A stretch of DNA of 63,975 nt, counting the filler, from Craspedostauros australis (Eukaryota), in assembly GCA_030167865.1 (NCBI GenBank). It is 12 parts of 12 records of this genome, joined end to end, with 100 filler letters (N's around TTAATTAATTAA, not from the genome) between each part and the next. Parts side by side here need not be neighbours in the genome. Positions count along the whole stretch, not along the records: positions 25,705 to 51,929 come from JALAGF010002870.1; 11 more parts are not named here. The stretch is one strand, 5' to 3'. The notes beneath the pieces were generated by a model. It was given only the letters and a program-made list of their open reading frames with translations. It searched no databases and was not told the origin of the DNA. This document shows positions 35,567 through 46,454 of this stretch, piece by piece (within the stretch, counting starts at the first letter, position 1; every line of letters begins with the position of its first letter). The position numbers and the translations under genes are program-made.

Positions 35567-38087
35567 ATGTCTCTTTCTCATGCAGACACCACCGCGATGG
35601 CGCCATGGATGGTCTTGGCAAACACGGTGCTCGAGACGGAGGTAAGTATGCACGGAGCATGTTGATTGCTCGGGCCTTGTTGATGCTCTTCTGCGAATGT
35701 TGGAATCAATCATGTTCTGTGTCATGCATTGGAAATGGGTGCCTTCAATGGCGCATTGGTGCAAGGCGCATTGGTGCAAGGGTCGACCAGACGTTGGGAT
35801 GAGCATCTGCAGAAACGTGCGGTGTGGAGCATTGCGTGAGCATCGCACTGGCATCAATCCACAGTCGATAAGATCTTGGCTGATGTTGCTGATGCGGCCC
35901 AACATCCACGTCTGCAATACGAGCTATTATATGATGCGCTGATGTTGTTCTGATCGCACTGTGGTACCAAAACGTACTCAAGCTCATTCATCTGCTCAAC
36001 ACTCTCGTCGTACCTTCCTCTCGCAGGCACTGCTCTTCGAAGTGCTCGCCTTCCTGGACGAAAGTGAAAGGTTTGAATTCATGTTTGTCAGCAAGACATT
36101 CGCAGGCCTGCTGAACAGCGAATCATCCTTCAAATGGAGGTTGAAGCGTCTGCATGCCGAGTACTGCGTGTACTTCTCCCCGCATCACAAGCTGTACGAC
36201 ATCACATACCGCGAGCTCTTTCTGCAACGCTCCTCACGCCGCCATTTGTGGATCCCGGCAAAGGTGGACCGCGCAGGTGTCGTTGCGGCCAGCGATGCTG
36301 TCAACAGCAGTGACGCCGCGGACCAAACCAGGACTGAAGATGGCACCACCATCGACACGTCACCTACCAAGGAGAGATTCCAGGTGCGCGTCAGTGCAAG
36401 GCTGAAGCCCAAGTCCGCCGAGCTCTACAAGGCTCCAGGTGCCAATCCCAACGGAAGCCCAAAGAAGTTGACGCTGCCGCTCCACCAGCGACTCGCCCTC
36501 ATCCGCCTCAGCCAGAATCTCGATTCCAACGAGGATGCCATGAAGCTGCTTCACGAGCACGGGGGCATCGGCTGGCAGGAGCGAGCCCTTCGGAAGACGA
36601 ATTCCAAGTCCACCACGCAAGTTCCAGACACCATGTTCTTCATCTCCATGAACAACAACAATGACCAAGACGATGTCGACCATGGTGACGATGGCGAGGA
36701 GAAGATCAATGACGAGGATGAGGATGGAGCATCGGGCGAGAGCAGCCAAGACGCGCAAGGCGAAAAGGAGAACAAGGACTCCCCGATGGACCTCCCGTCG
36801 CTGGCAAGCGGCATTACTCAAGTGGACGATAAGAACGGACGCGTCGTGATTGCAGACAGCACCAAGGGACTGCGCGAGCTTTCCTTCGACGGCGTTCTGC
36901 GCGACACCTGCTCGCAATCGGTGACGTACGATCGCATCGCACATGGAATCGTGAGCGACTTCCTCTGCGGGTACAACAGCACCTGTCTTGTGTACGGTCA
37001 AACCGGTTCCGGCAAGACGTACACCATGTTCGGACATGAGGACTGCAGCTTCTCCGTCGACCCTTCGTCACCCACTGACGACACCGGCACATGTGACTAC
37101 ATGTGGGGCATCATTCCTCGCACATGCCAAGAGGTCTTCGAGGCCATCGAGTACCGCAAGTCCGAGTCCAACTTGAACAACCCCATCAAGTCCTGTCTCA
37201 CAATGTCCTACGTCGAGGTTTACGGAAACAACGTCAGCGATTTGTTGCACAAGAACAGAGTTTGTGGCCAAAGCCGTGTGGCTGCCCAACGATACGTGCT
37301 TGATGGATCCACGGAACTCCCCGTCCCATCCTTCGCAGAAGCCATGCGCCTGCTCAAGATCGGCCAGGAGCAAAAGCGAGTGGCTGCCACTGCCATGAAC
37401 GAGCGATCATCCCGTGCTCATTCCATCGTCATTCTCAACCTCGCTCAAACCTGTCGCAACACCGGCAAACGCGTCAAGAGCAAGCTCTTCCTCGTGGATC
37501 TGGGCGGTTCCGAGCAGTTGAAGAAGAGTCAGGCCAATGACAAGAAAGTCAACGCTGATGCTGCGACCAGACGCCAGCGCACGGATGAAGCCGTGCAGAT
37601 CAATCTTGGTCTGTTGGCACTGAAGGAATGCGTCAAGTACTTGGCGAAGGCATCGAGATCGGAGGATCCAGAGGAGGCCTTCATCCCTTACAAAAACTCC
37701 AAACTCACGATGCTCCTCTCGCCTGGCCTTGGTGGCAATTCCAAGACTAACGTCGTCGTCTGCGCCTCCCAGGAGGAAGCGCACGCACCGGAAACGATTT
37801 CCGCGCTGCGATTCGGGCAAGCTTGTGCACGAATCTCCAACACTGCCGACCGCCGATCTCACGAGGCCATGCTCCAAGACGTGATCGCCAATCTCGACAA
37901 GGAGATTGAGGACTGCACGAACCTCATCAAGAAGCACGAGCGGTGGGAAACACGACAGGAACGCCGCTCTGATGGGTATGGCAACTATGAGAATCATACC
38001 GTCTCGGAATTGGTTGGCGCTGAGAAGTATCACAAGACATTGGAAGCACTTCACAAGCAGCGCACGGCTCTAGTGGGCACCATGTAG
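35567..38087 (+). CDS. Kinesin motor protein with N-terminal F-box-like motif (exons 35567-35641, 36027-38087)
   Basis: P-loop YGQTGSGKTYT, switch I NERSSRAH, switch II DLGGSE, IPYKNSKLT, LGGNSKT, ETISALRFG. Exon 1 is inferred from a GTAAGT donor and TCGCAG acceptor in frame. Confidence 0.88.
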
Positions 38088-38369
38088 GTGCATGTCGCAT
38101 GTGCGCAGCCTCGAAGTTGCGTTAAAAGATCCCGTTCTGTGCATGCCCACGAGTAGTAGAAGTAGGAGGTAGTCCGAGTAATAACGCTTCATCCATTCAT
38201 GATTGAGTCTGACAACGCCGTAGCTCTGCATACTGACGGTGAGGGAGAAAATCGCTGACGTGCGAGCTAAGGCACGGATTGTATGTATATGTACTGCCTT
38301 GCAGAATGCATGAGTTGCCAACCTCTTGATCCCAATAGCATCGACAGGAGGACGTATCCACGTTAATGA

Positions 38370-39851
38370 TCACGCCTTGGAGAGGCTCGCTTTGGAGAGT
38401 CGCTCTTTGGATTGCCTTGCTTTCGATAGTTTCGCTTTGGAGTCCTTTACACGGTCTGTCCACCAACGACAGCGATCGAGGATTTCTGAGAATCGGAGAC
38501 CTTGGACACCGGTGAGTTCGGTGGGCATTGGACGCATGAAGCCGCTGAGTTGCTTGGGAAGGGCCTTGCGCAGCATCAACCGCATCGTCATCTCGAATCG
38601 CATCATGCTCGTTCGGGGCAAGGTGTTGTCCGAAATCTCACAGACGGCATGGGCATCCTCCAAGCGCTCGATGTTGTAATCCTGCAGGGCCTCCCGCCAG
38701 TCGTGATTGTGCTTGTCGAGCTTGGCGACTAGAACCTGAATATCCTGCAAGGCGGAGTTGCAACCGAGACCGACGGATGCTGACACAGCGTGTGCCGCAT
38801 CGCCGACCAAGACCACCTTGCCGTCACCCGCCGTGAGGGTGTTGCAATGGACTTTGAGGTTGCGACCAGGTCGGGATGCCAGAACGCGCGCCGCTTCGTC
38901 GAGCGACATCGCATCGGCCACGCGCGGCGAAACGTTGGTTCGGAAGTGATCGATGAGTTCCTGCGGCGTCGTCATGTCGGCGAAGGGATCGCGATGGTTG
39001 GGAAAGGCGTAGACGCCGCGGGCGATGTCGTCCTTGACCGGTATCAGCATGACCTGTCCCCCGTTGCCAGCGAACCAGCCGTGCGTGCGATCGACTGCGA
39101 TGTCCGTCCCGGCGACCGGGATGCTGAATGATCGGTACGAATACGGCGTCTTTTCCACCGTGCTGCGGAAGTGATTTTGCTCCGTCAGCTTGGTGCGGAT
39201 GGCCGATCTGCCACCGTCCGCCGCCACGATGTGATCGAACGACTCTTCGAAGCCCTGGTCGGTTGTCGCGACTTGCTTTTGCAGGCAGACGTCGTCGATG
39301 CCGCAGCCAAAGTGCAGGGACAGCGAGCTGGTGCAGTGCCGGTGCGGAGTCACGTCGTCAGATGCGATCGATGTTGTTGTTGCTGTTGTTGGTGTTGTCG
39401 CCACTGCTGTTGCCGTTGCTGATGTGGATGAGGTTGCGCCGCCCACCGCTGACAATGCTCCCGACGAAATGGAATCACCGACTGGGCTCTCATCGATCAG
39501 GCGGAGGTACTCCAGCATCCCGCAGGCAAGGGAGCTGCGCTCCACGTAGAATACATCATCGTCCTTTTCCGTGACGCGCGGCTTCTCATTCTGGTACACC
39601 TGCATCTTGGTCATCCACTTGCCGCGCTTGTCCAAGGACGCTTGCAGGCCCGGGACTCCGGCAAGCGCCGCAATTCCGGAGGCCTGGATGCCCATGGGAA
39701 ACGTGCGATCGTGATTGCTGCGGATGCCAGCGACCGTCAGCGGATCTGGCCGCTTCTCGAAGACGTGGACATTGTAGTTGGGATGCGTGATGAGGTGCTG
39801 CGCCAGCAGGAGACCTGCCGGTCCTGCTCCGCTGATGACGACCTTTACCAT
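38370..39851 (-). CDS. FAD-dependent monooxygenase (kynurenine 3-monooxygenase-like), copy 1
   Basis: GAGPAG, FEKRPD, AADGGRSAIR, VGDAAHAV..GLGCNSALQD. Confidence 0.9.
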   Translation of the reverse strand: MVKVVISGAGPAGLLLAQHLITHPNYNVHVFEKRPDPLTVAGIRSNHDRTFPMGIQASGIAALAGVPGLQASLDKRGKWMTKMQVYQNEKPRVTEKDDDVFYVERSSLACGMLEYLRLIDESPVGDSISSGALSAVGGATSSTSATATAVATTPTTATTTSIASDDVTPHRHCTSSLSLHFGCGIDDVCLQKQVATTDQGFEESFDHIVAADGGRSAIRTKLTEQNHFRSTVEKTPYSYRSFSIPVAGTDIAVDRTHGWFAGNGGQVMLIPVKDDIARGVYAFPNHRDPFADMTTPQELIDHFRTNVSPRVADAMSLDEAARVLASRPGRNLKVHCNTLTAGDGKVVLVGDAAHAVSASVGLGCNSALQDIQVLVAKLDKHNHDWREALQDYNIERLEDAHAVCEISDNTLPRTSMMRFEMTMRLMLRKALPKQLSGFMRPMPTELTGVQGLRFSEILDRCRWWTDRVKDSKAKLSKARQSKERLSKASLSKA

Positions 39852-40497
39852 CTCTCGATCCTGGTCTTTTGCTTTTGCTTTGTTCGCTGGTTTATGAATG
39901 CACGCGATGCACACTTTTGTGGGTGTGGGTGTTTGGAGGCGAAGAAGTGGAAGAGTGAGAACAAGATGGTGTGCGTTGTCTCTCCCATGTCGTCATGGGC
40001 TCAGTCATAACATGAACTTGCAGTACACGGCTGCGCATCATGATTTCATGATTGCGTCGTTGCGTGCCCATTTGACGATTCGATGTGAACAGTCGACTCC
40101 GCACAACACAGAACACAGGAGGCATCGTTCTTGTTCCATGAAGGTTCGCTTCCAGCTGTTCGTGTCACAACTCCAGCTGTCTTGCGTGACTGGATCCTTC
40201 TTGTTTCTCCCTTTCCTTCGCCTTCGCGTTGCGAAAAAACAGTCAAAAATTCCATTTCTCTCATTCTTGACATTGATTGACTCGATTGACTAATGCGAGG
40301 CAACTGAGAATTCGTCCTTTTCGACAAGAGAACGAGTTCTTTGAAAGGTGCGGTATAATAAGTAATTAGATGCAGTTTATGCTTGTTCCGAGGCAGTCCA
40401 ATTGATCAAACAATCAAGACATGCTATGAACATATATCTAGAGAGGCTCATGTCGGTGCCTGTGATTCCAATACGCATTCTGTACAACCTACATGCT

Positions 40498-41841
40498 CTA
40501 CGCTTCCTTCGCCTTGGGTTTTGAAGCCTTGACACGGTCGGTCCACCATCTGCACCGTCTCAACATCTCGGAGAAGCGCAGATTCTTCTTGTTGGTCAGC
40601 TCCATCGGCAGAGGACGCATCCATTTGCTGAGGATCTTGGGCAGAAGCCTGCGCAGGACCAACCGGAACACCATCTCGATTCGCATCATGCTCGTTCGGG
40701 GCATGGTGTTGTCCGAGAGCTCGCAAACGGCGTGCGCGTCCACGATATGTTCGCTGTTGTACTCCTGCAGAGCGGTGTGCCAGTTGTGATCGTGCTTGTC
40801 AAGCTTGCCGGCCAGAACCTGAATATCCTGCAAGGCGGAGTTGCAACCCAGACCGATGGACGCGGACACGGCGTGCGCCGCATCGCCGACCAGCACGGCC
40901 TTGCCATCGGGTGAGGTCAGCGCGTTGCAATGCACCTTGAGGTTGGTTGCGACGGGCGCGTTCAAGATGTTGCGCGCCTCGTGGTCTGGCAAAACATCGG
41001 CGACGCGAGTCGAGACGGACGTGCGGAAATAGTCAATGACTTCCTGTGCCGTCGTCATGCCGGCGAACGGATCCGCTTCCGTGGGAAAGACGTAAACGCC
41101 GCGAGCTTGTTCGTCGTTCAGGGGGACCAGCATGATCTGATCCGTGGCGCCGACGAACCATCCGTGCATGCGGTCCGTTTCGAAGTCCGTGCCCGTGATG
41201 GGAAGGCAGACGGGTCGATACGAAAATCCAATCGTCTCCACGGTGCTGTCGAAGACGTTCTTCTGCGTCAGCTTGGTGCGGATGACGGATCGGGCGCCAT
41301 CGGCCGCGACGATGTGATCGAAGGATTCCTTCGTGCCTTGGTCGGTCGTCACGACCTGCTCGTCGAGGCAGACGTCGTCGATGCCGCAGCCGAAGTGGAA
41401 GGAAAGCGAGCTGCTGGGATGGCGGTGTGGCAGCGATTCTGCGTCGTCTGTCGGCGCGGCGGCATCCGGGATGACATTGTCGTTGATAAGCTGCAGGTAC
41501 TCCAGCATGCCGCAGGCCAGCGCATGCCGTTCCACCATGAATGAGGGCAGCTCCTTTTCAATCAACCGCGGCGTATCGTTGTTGTACTGCTGGATCTTCT
41601 GCATCCACTTGCCGCGCTTGTTCAGCGAGGTTTGCAGGCCCGGGATCTCTTCCAGCGCTCCGAGGCCGGAGCCTTGGATGCTCATGGGGTACGTGCGGTC
41701 GCCAGTGCTGCGCTTGTCGGCACCTGTCAGCGGGTCTGGCCGCTTCTCGAAGATGTGCACATCGTAGTTGGGATGCGTGATGAGGTGCTGCGCCAGCAAG
41801 AGGCCTGCCGGTCCTGCTCCGCCGATGACGATCTTGACCAT
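40498..41841 (-). CDS. FAD-dependent monooxygenase (KMO-like), copy 2
   Basis: GAGPAG, AADGARSVIR, VGDAAHAV..GLGCNSALQD. Confidence 0.9.
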   Translation of the reverse strand: MVKIVIGGAGPAGLLLAQHLITHPNYDVHIFEKRPDPLTGADKRSTGDRTYPMSIQGSGLGALEEIPGLQTSLNKRGKWMQKIQQYNNDTPRLIEKELPSFMVERHALACGMLEYLQLINDNVIPDAAAPTDDAESLPHRHPSSSLSFHFGCGIDDVCLDEQVVTTDQGTKESFDHIVAADGARSVIRTKLTQKNVFDSTVETIGFSYRPVCLPITGTDFETDRMHGWFVGATDQIMLVPLNDEQARGVYVFPTEADPFAGMTTAQEVIDYFRTSVSTRVADVLPDHEARNILNAPVATNLKVHCNALTSPDGKAVLVGDAAHAVSASIGLGCNSALQDIQVLAGKLDKHDHNWHTALQEYNSEHIVDAHAVCELSDNTMPRTSMMRIEMVFRLVLRRLLPKILSKWMRPLPMELTNKKNLRFSEMLRRCRWWTDRVKASKPKAKEA

Positions 41842-42551
41842 GTTGTGTGTTTTTGTTGTGTTTGAATGTTGCTGTTTGGTTTGCGTTTGATTGGTGTGGC
41901 TTTTGGTTTTTATGAGGTCTTGGTGAGTTGTTGTGAGAGGGAGAGAGTGGAAGCGGAAAAGACTGGTGACGTCGACTGGTTGCATTTCGTGGTCATTCAT
42001 TTATTCATTCGCTCTTACATTCGTTGTTCCTCTCCTGGCAAATGCTGCACAGAGAGTTTCCGCTACCAAGAAACTCGGTGGGTTCGGATCCACGCACAGC
42101 TCGTTCACAACGGAACTGCCTCGTGAAGAATTGGTTCTTGGCAGAGGATCCAATACGGCATCGAAGTACTTCACTCTTTTCCGTGCTGTTTTGATGTTGC
42201 CATGTCGTGCTGTATCTTGCATTGATCTTGCCTAGAGTATTAGTATTAGAGTAGAGCAGAATTTTGAACTGACTCTGCACAAAATAACTTGTGGAAGTGC
42301 TCATGTTTAATCCTGTTGGAGTGGTGATGAAATGTGTCTCCGTCGCGGTGTCAAGCAGGGGCAGAGTTCTTTCTGGTTTGTTTGTTGTTTCGTACCAATA
42401 GCCTGACACGACGTCAACCACCAAGCCTTCCGTTCCAAACATTGTGGTTGCTGACAGACCATCAACCATCACCCGTCATGTTATCTTCCATTCCTGTGAT
42501 GACGCCATCTGTCCACGCCAAGCGTAATATAATAGAATATTATGTAATGGA

Positions 42552-43904
42552 TCACACCTCCACCATCGGTGGTTTGGAAGCCTTGACGCGATCTGTCCAC
42601 CAGCGAGATTGTTCGAGCATCTCCGTGAATGACTTGGTTTCATCCGACATGACGTCGATCGGCATGGACCGCATATGCTTGGAGATGGCCGTGGGCAAAG
42701 AACGCTTCGCAATCATGCGCCCCATAAACTCCAAACGCATGCGCGTCGTGACCGCGACGGAATGATCGGAAAATTCGCGCACGGCGTTTGCCTCGGCCAT
42801 GTGGTCGGCGTTGTACTGTTGCAACGCCTTGTGCCAATCATGATCGTGCTGGGCCAGCTTGCTGCACAATACCTGCACGTCGTGCATGGCCGAGTTGCAA
42901 CCCAACGCGAGCGACGACGACATGGCGTGCGCGGCGTCGCCGATGAGTACGGCCTTGCCATCGGGCGTCGTCAGAGCGTTGCATTGCACGCTCAAGTTGC
43001 ATCCGACGGGATGTGCGAGGATGCGTTCGGCTTCTTGCATGGGAATCGCATCGGCGAGCAGCGGCGAGACGGTGGTGCGGAAGTAGTCGATGACCTGCTG
43101 CGGCGTCGTCATGTCCTCGAAGGGGTCGTCGCCGTTGGGGAAGACGTAGAGGCCGCGCGCCGTCTCGCCGTCGATCGGGATGACCACCAATTGGTGGCCG
43201 CCGATCGAGAACCAGCTGTGCAGGCGGTCTGGTTGCACGACGGCGGGGTCCGTGGGGATGGCGAGGGACCGGTAGGAATGGGAGGTCTTCGACATGGTGC
43301 TCGTGAAGTGGTTTTGCTCTTTCAGCCTCGTGCGCACGACAGACGTCGCTCCGTCCGCCCCCACGATGTGATCGAAGGACTCGGTAGTGCCTCTGTCGGT
43401 CGTCACGGTCTGCTGGTCCAGCGAAACATCGGCGATGCCGCAATCGAAGTGCAGGGACAGCGAACTGGAGGGGTCCCTTTGCGCAGTGACGCGGTCGGGC
43501 TCCTGCGATGGCGTGAAAGACCCCGAAGCGATGGCCGGATTGTCGTCGATGGCGCGCAGATGCTCCAGCATGCCGCAGGCAAGGGAGTTGCGCTCGATGA
43601 AGAAGGACGGCGCGGACTTGTTGATCAATCCCGTGCCCTTGCCTTTGTAGGTCTGCACCTTGTCGATCCACTTGCCGTACTTCTCCAGCGTTGGTCGCAA
43701 GCCTGGGACTCCCGCAATCGCCGGATTGCCACATCCCTGGATGCACATGGGGTAGGTGCGGTCTTTGTTGCTGCGGATGCCTGCCATCGTCAGCAGGTCC
43801 GGCCGCTTCTCGAAGACGTGGACATCGTAGTTGGGTTGCTGGATCAGGTTCTGCGCGAGCAGCAGGCCTGCCGGTCCTGCGCCGCTGATGACCACTTTCA
43901 CCAT
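42552..43904 (-). CDS. FAD-dependent monooxygenase (KMO-like), copy 3
   Basis: GAGPAG, GADGATSVVR, IGDAAHAM..ALGCNSAMHD. Confidence 0.9.
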   Translation of the reverse strand: MVKVVISGAGPAGLLLAQNLIQQPNYDVHVFEKRPDLLTMAGIRSNKDRTYPMCIQGCGNPAIAGVPGLRPTLEKYGKWIDKVQTYKGKGTGLINKSAPSFFIERNSLACGMLEHLRAIDDNPAIASGSFTPSQEPDRVTAQRDPSSSLSLHFDCGIADVSLDQQTVTTDRGTTESFDHIVGADGATSVVRTRLKEQNHFTSTMSKTSHSYRSLAIPTDPAVVQPDRLHSWFSIGGHQLVVIPIDGETARGLYVFPNGDDPFEDMTTPQQVIDYFRTTVSPLLADAIPMQEAERILAHPVGCNLSVQCNALTTPDGKAVLIGDAAHAMSSSLALGCNSAMHDVQVLCSKLAQHDHDWHKALQQYNADHMAEANAVREFSDHSVAVTTRMRLEFMGRMIAKRSLPTAISKHMRSMPIDVMSDETKSFTEMLEQSRWWTDRVKASKPPMVEV

Positions 43905-44636
43905 CTTGCTTTTTTGTGACTCTTGATCGGATGCGTCTTCTGCGTTGTGTCTGTTTGTGTCGATCGTCGCAGGTATCAACGTTTGCTGGCTGTGCGGATT
44001 GTGATCACAAGCGCAAACGCATGCGCAACCACAGCGACGGGTCCATCTTCCACGAGCACGCGCGAACCACAGAACGCTCCAGTCGGTGCGTTGTTCGCGG
44101 CTTCTGCGGCGATCTTGCACCTCAAGATCGTCTCGTGGAGCCGCCCAAAAGAAAGATTCGGTCATGTCGATTGTTCGTCATCATCGCACGTCTGAGAATT
44201 GGAGTTTTACGTATTTGATTAATTACTTGCGTCGATGATAAATCTCGAACATCACGTGTTGTTTGTCAATTCCACTCCACTTCAAGTCGAGTTGGGACAC
44301 TTCACGCGAACCCATAGCGTGTGCAATGAGACGAGAGAGAGAGATGGTCCTCTCGTCTACTCTGCTCTACTCTACTCTACTCTACCATAACATACCCCAT
44401 TTCAACATATTACATCACAATCGAACTATGGCCATGCCTGTTGCAATACGCGTCATGAGACAGAGCGAGAGGAAAGGAGGGAGTACTCAGAGGTTACTCT
44501 GGAACAACGCATTCTCTGGAGCTGGTCTTGTTGCTGAGCAGGAATGAAAATGCAGATCGGAGTTTTCGTTTTCGCTGCAATCTTTCGACATTCGCCGTGG
44601 ACCTATGATTGCAGGTTGGTACCAGTCAGTCGCACT

Positions 44637-45965
44637 CTACGCTTTGGAAGCCTTAACGCGATCCGTCCACCAGCGACATCGTTCGAGCATCTCCGTGAAC
44701 GACATGGTGTCATCCGTCATGACCTCGATCGGCATGGGCCGCATGCGTTTCGAAAGGAAACCCGGCAGCAACTTCTTGAGAATGAAGCGCGCAATCATCT
44801 CCTTTTCCATCTTGGACGCGAGAGGAAACGCATGCTCCGACAATTCGCAGACGGCATGCGCCTGCGCCAACCGTTCGTCGTTGTACTCCTGCAACGCCTT
44901 GCGCCAATCGTGATCGTGCTGAACCAACTTGCCGCACAGCACCTGCACATCCTGCAGGGCCGAGTTGCAACCCAATCCCAGCATGGGCGCCATGGCGTGC
45001 GCGGCGTCCCCGATCAGCACGGCCTTTGCGTCGATCGTCGTCAAGGCGTCGCAGTGCACGGCGGGGTAGTCACCGACGGGACCCGACAAGATGCGTTCGG
45101 CGGCTTGCGGCGTGAGGGCGTCGGCGAAATGCGTTGAGACGGTCGTGCGGAAGTAGTCGATGACCTCGTGCGGCGACGTCATGTTTTCGAATGGATCATC
45201 GCCGATCGGGAACTGGTAGATGCCGCGCGCGGCGGCGTCGTCGACCGGAAATAGCAGGACCTGATGCGAGCCACGCGACGTCCAGCTGTGCATGCTATCG
45301 CGTCGCACGATGGAATCGTCCGTTGGGATGGCGAGGGATCGGTAGGAATGCGACGTCTTCTTCATCGTGCTCTCAATGTGGTTCGACTCTACCAGTTGGT
45401 TGCGCACGGCGGATCTAGCGCCGTCGGCCGCGACGATATGATCGAAGGATTCCGTGGTGCCGGTGTCCGTTGTGACGATCTGCTTGTCCAGACAGACGCC
45501 GTCGATGCCGCAATCGAAGTGCATGGACAACGAGCTGGTGGGATCGCGATGCGCGACGTCGTCGTCGTACGGTGTGAAGGAACCGGAGGCGGCAGCCGGA
45601 TTGTCGTCGATGAGTTGGAGGTGCTCCAGCATGCAAGTGGCCAGGGAGCTGCGCGCGATGAAGAAGGCAGGTGGGGACCGGTTGCTGCGCTTGAAGCTTT
45701 CGCCGTTGTATCGCTGGGATTTGTCGATCCACTTGCCGTACTGCTCCAGCGATGGCTGCAGGCCCGGCACTTCCGCCATGGCATTCATGCCAATGGGGTG
45801 GATGCAGATGGGGTACACGCGATCTTTGTTAATGTTGATGCCGGCCGTCGTCCGCAGGTCCGGCCGCTTCTCGAAGACGTGGACATCGTAGTTGGGTTGT
45901 TGGATCAGGTTCTGAGCAAGCAGCAGGCCTGCCGGTCCGGCGCCGCTGATGACCACTTTCACCAT
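44637..45965 (-). CDS. FAD-dependent monooxygenase (KMO-like), copy 4
   Basis: GAGPAG, AADGARSAVR, IGDAAHAMAPMLGLGCNSALQD. Confidence 0.9.
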   Translation of the reverse strand: MVKVVISGAGPAGLLLAQNLIQQPNYDVHVFEKRPDLRTTAGININKDRVYPICIHPIGMNAMAEVPGLQPSLEQYGKWIDKSQRYNGESFKRSNRSPPAFFIARSSLATCMLEHLQLIDDNPAAASGSFTPYDDDVAHRDPTSSLSMHFDCGIDGVCLDKQIVTTDTGTTESFDHIVAADGARSAVRNQLVESNHIESTMKKTSHSYRSLAIPTDDSIVRRDSMHSWTSRGSHQVLLFPVDDAAARGIYQFPIGDDPFENMTSPHEVIDYFRTTVSTHFADALTPQAAERILSGPVGDYPAVHCDALTTIDAKAVLIGDAAHAMAPMLGLGCNSALQDVQVLCGKLVQHDHDWRKALQEYNDERLAQAHAVCELSEHAFPLASKMEKEMIARFILKKLLPGFLSKRMRPMPIEVMTDDTMSFTEMLERCRWWTDRVKASKA

Positions 45966-46454
45966 CTCTTGATGCTGTTGTTGCTGTTGTTGCTGTTGCG
46001 GTTGATGGAGTCTGCATTTATGGCGGCATGCGGATGCTTTTGTGTCGATCCATGCTCCTCGTAGCTCATCGTACCTGTCAGTCGTACTCCGCACATCCGC
46101 TATGGGAAGATCTTTTCATGACAAAATCGGCCCCATTGTGTTCCAGTGACGTGTCATTTCGCACCAGAGAGGAAGAAGCGGAAATGGTACCGCCTCCCGC
46201 CTTTGTTTCCGTGTTGGATTCGCCACAGCCACGTGAGTACTATGACCTACGTGCGGCCTGTCGTCTTGCTTCTCTGTGCAATCGCGCTGGCCGGAGACTG
46301 CTATCCGACGAGTGTCTCTACATATCTCTACTATGTATCTATAGACCAGTCTCCAACACCAAAGCCACAATAGAATACTGCCGTATATTACTTGGAATCG
46401 TTGTGTCGAGTAGAGCAGCAGTTAGTATGGTGCTATCCACTGTCTTGAGTCTCT

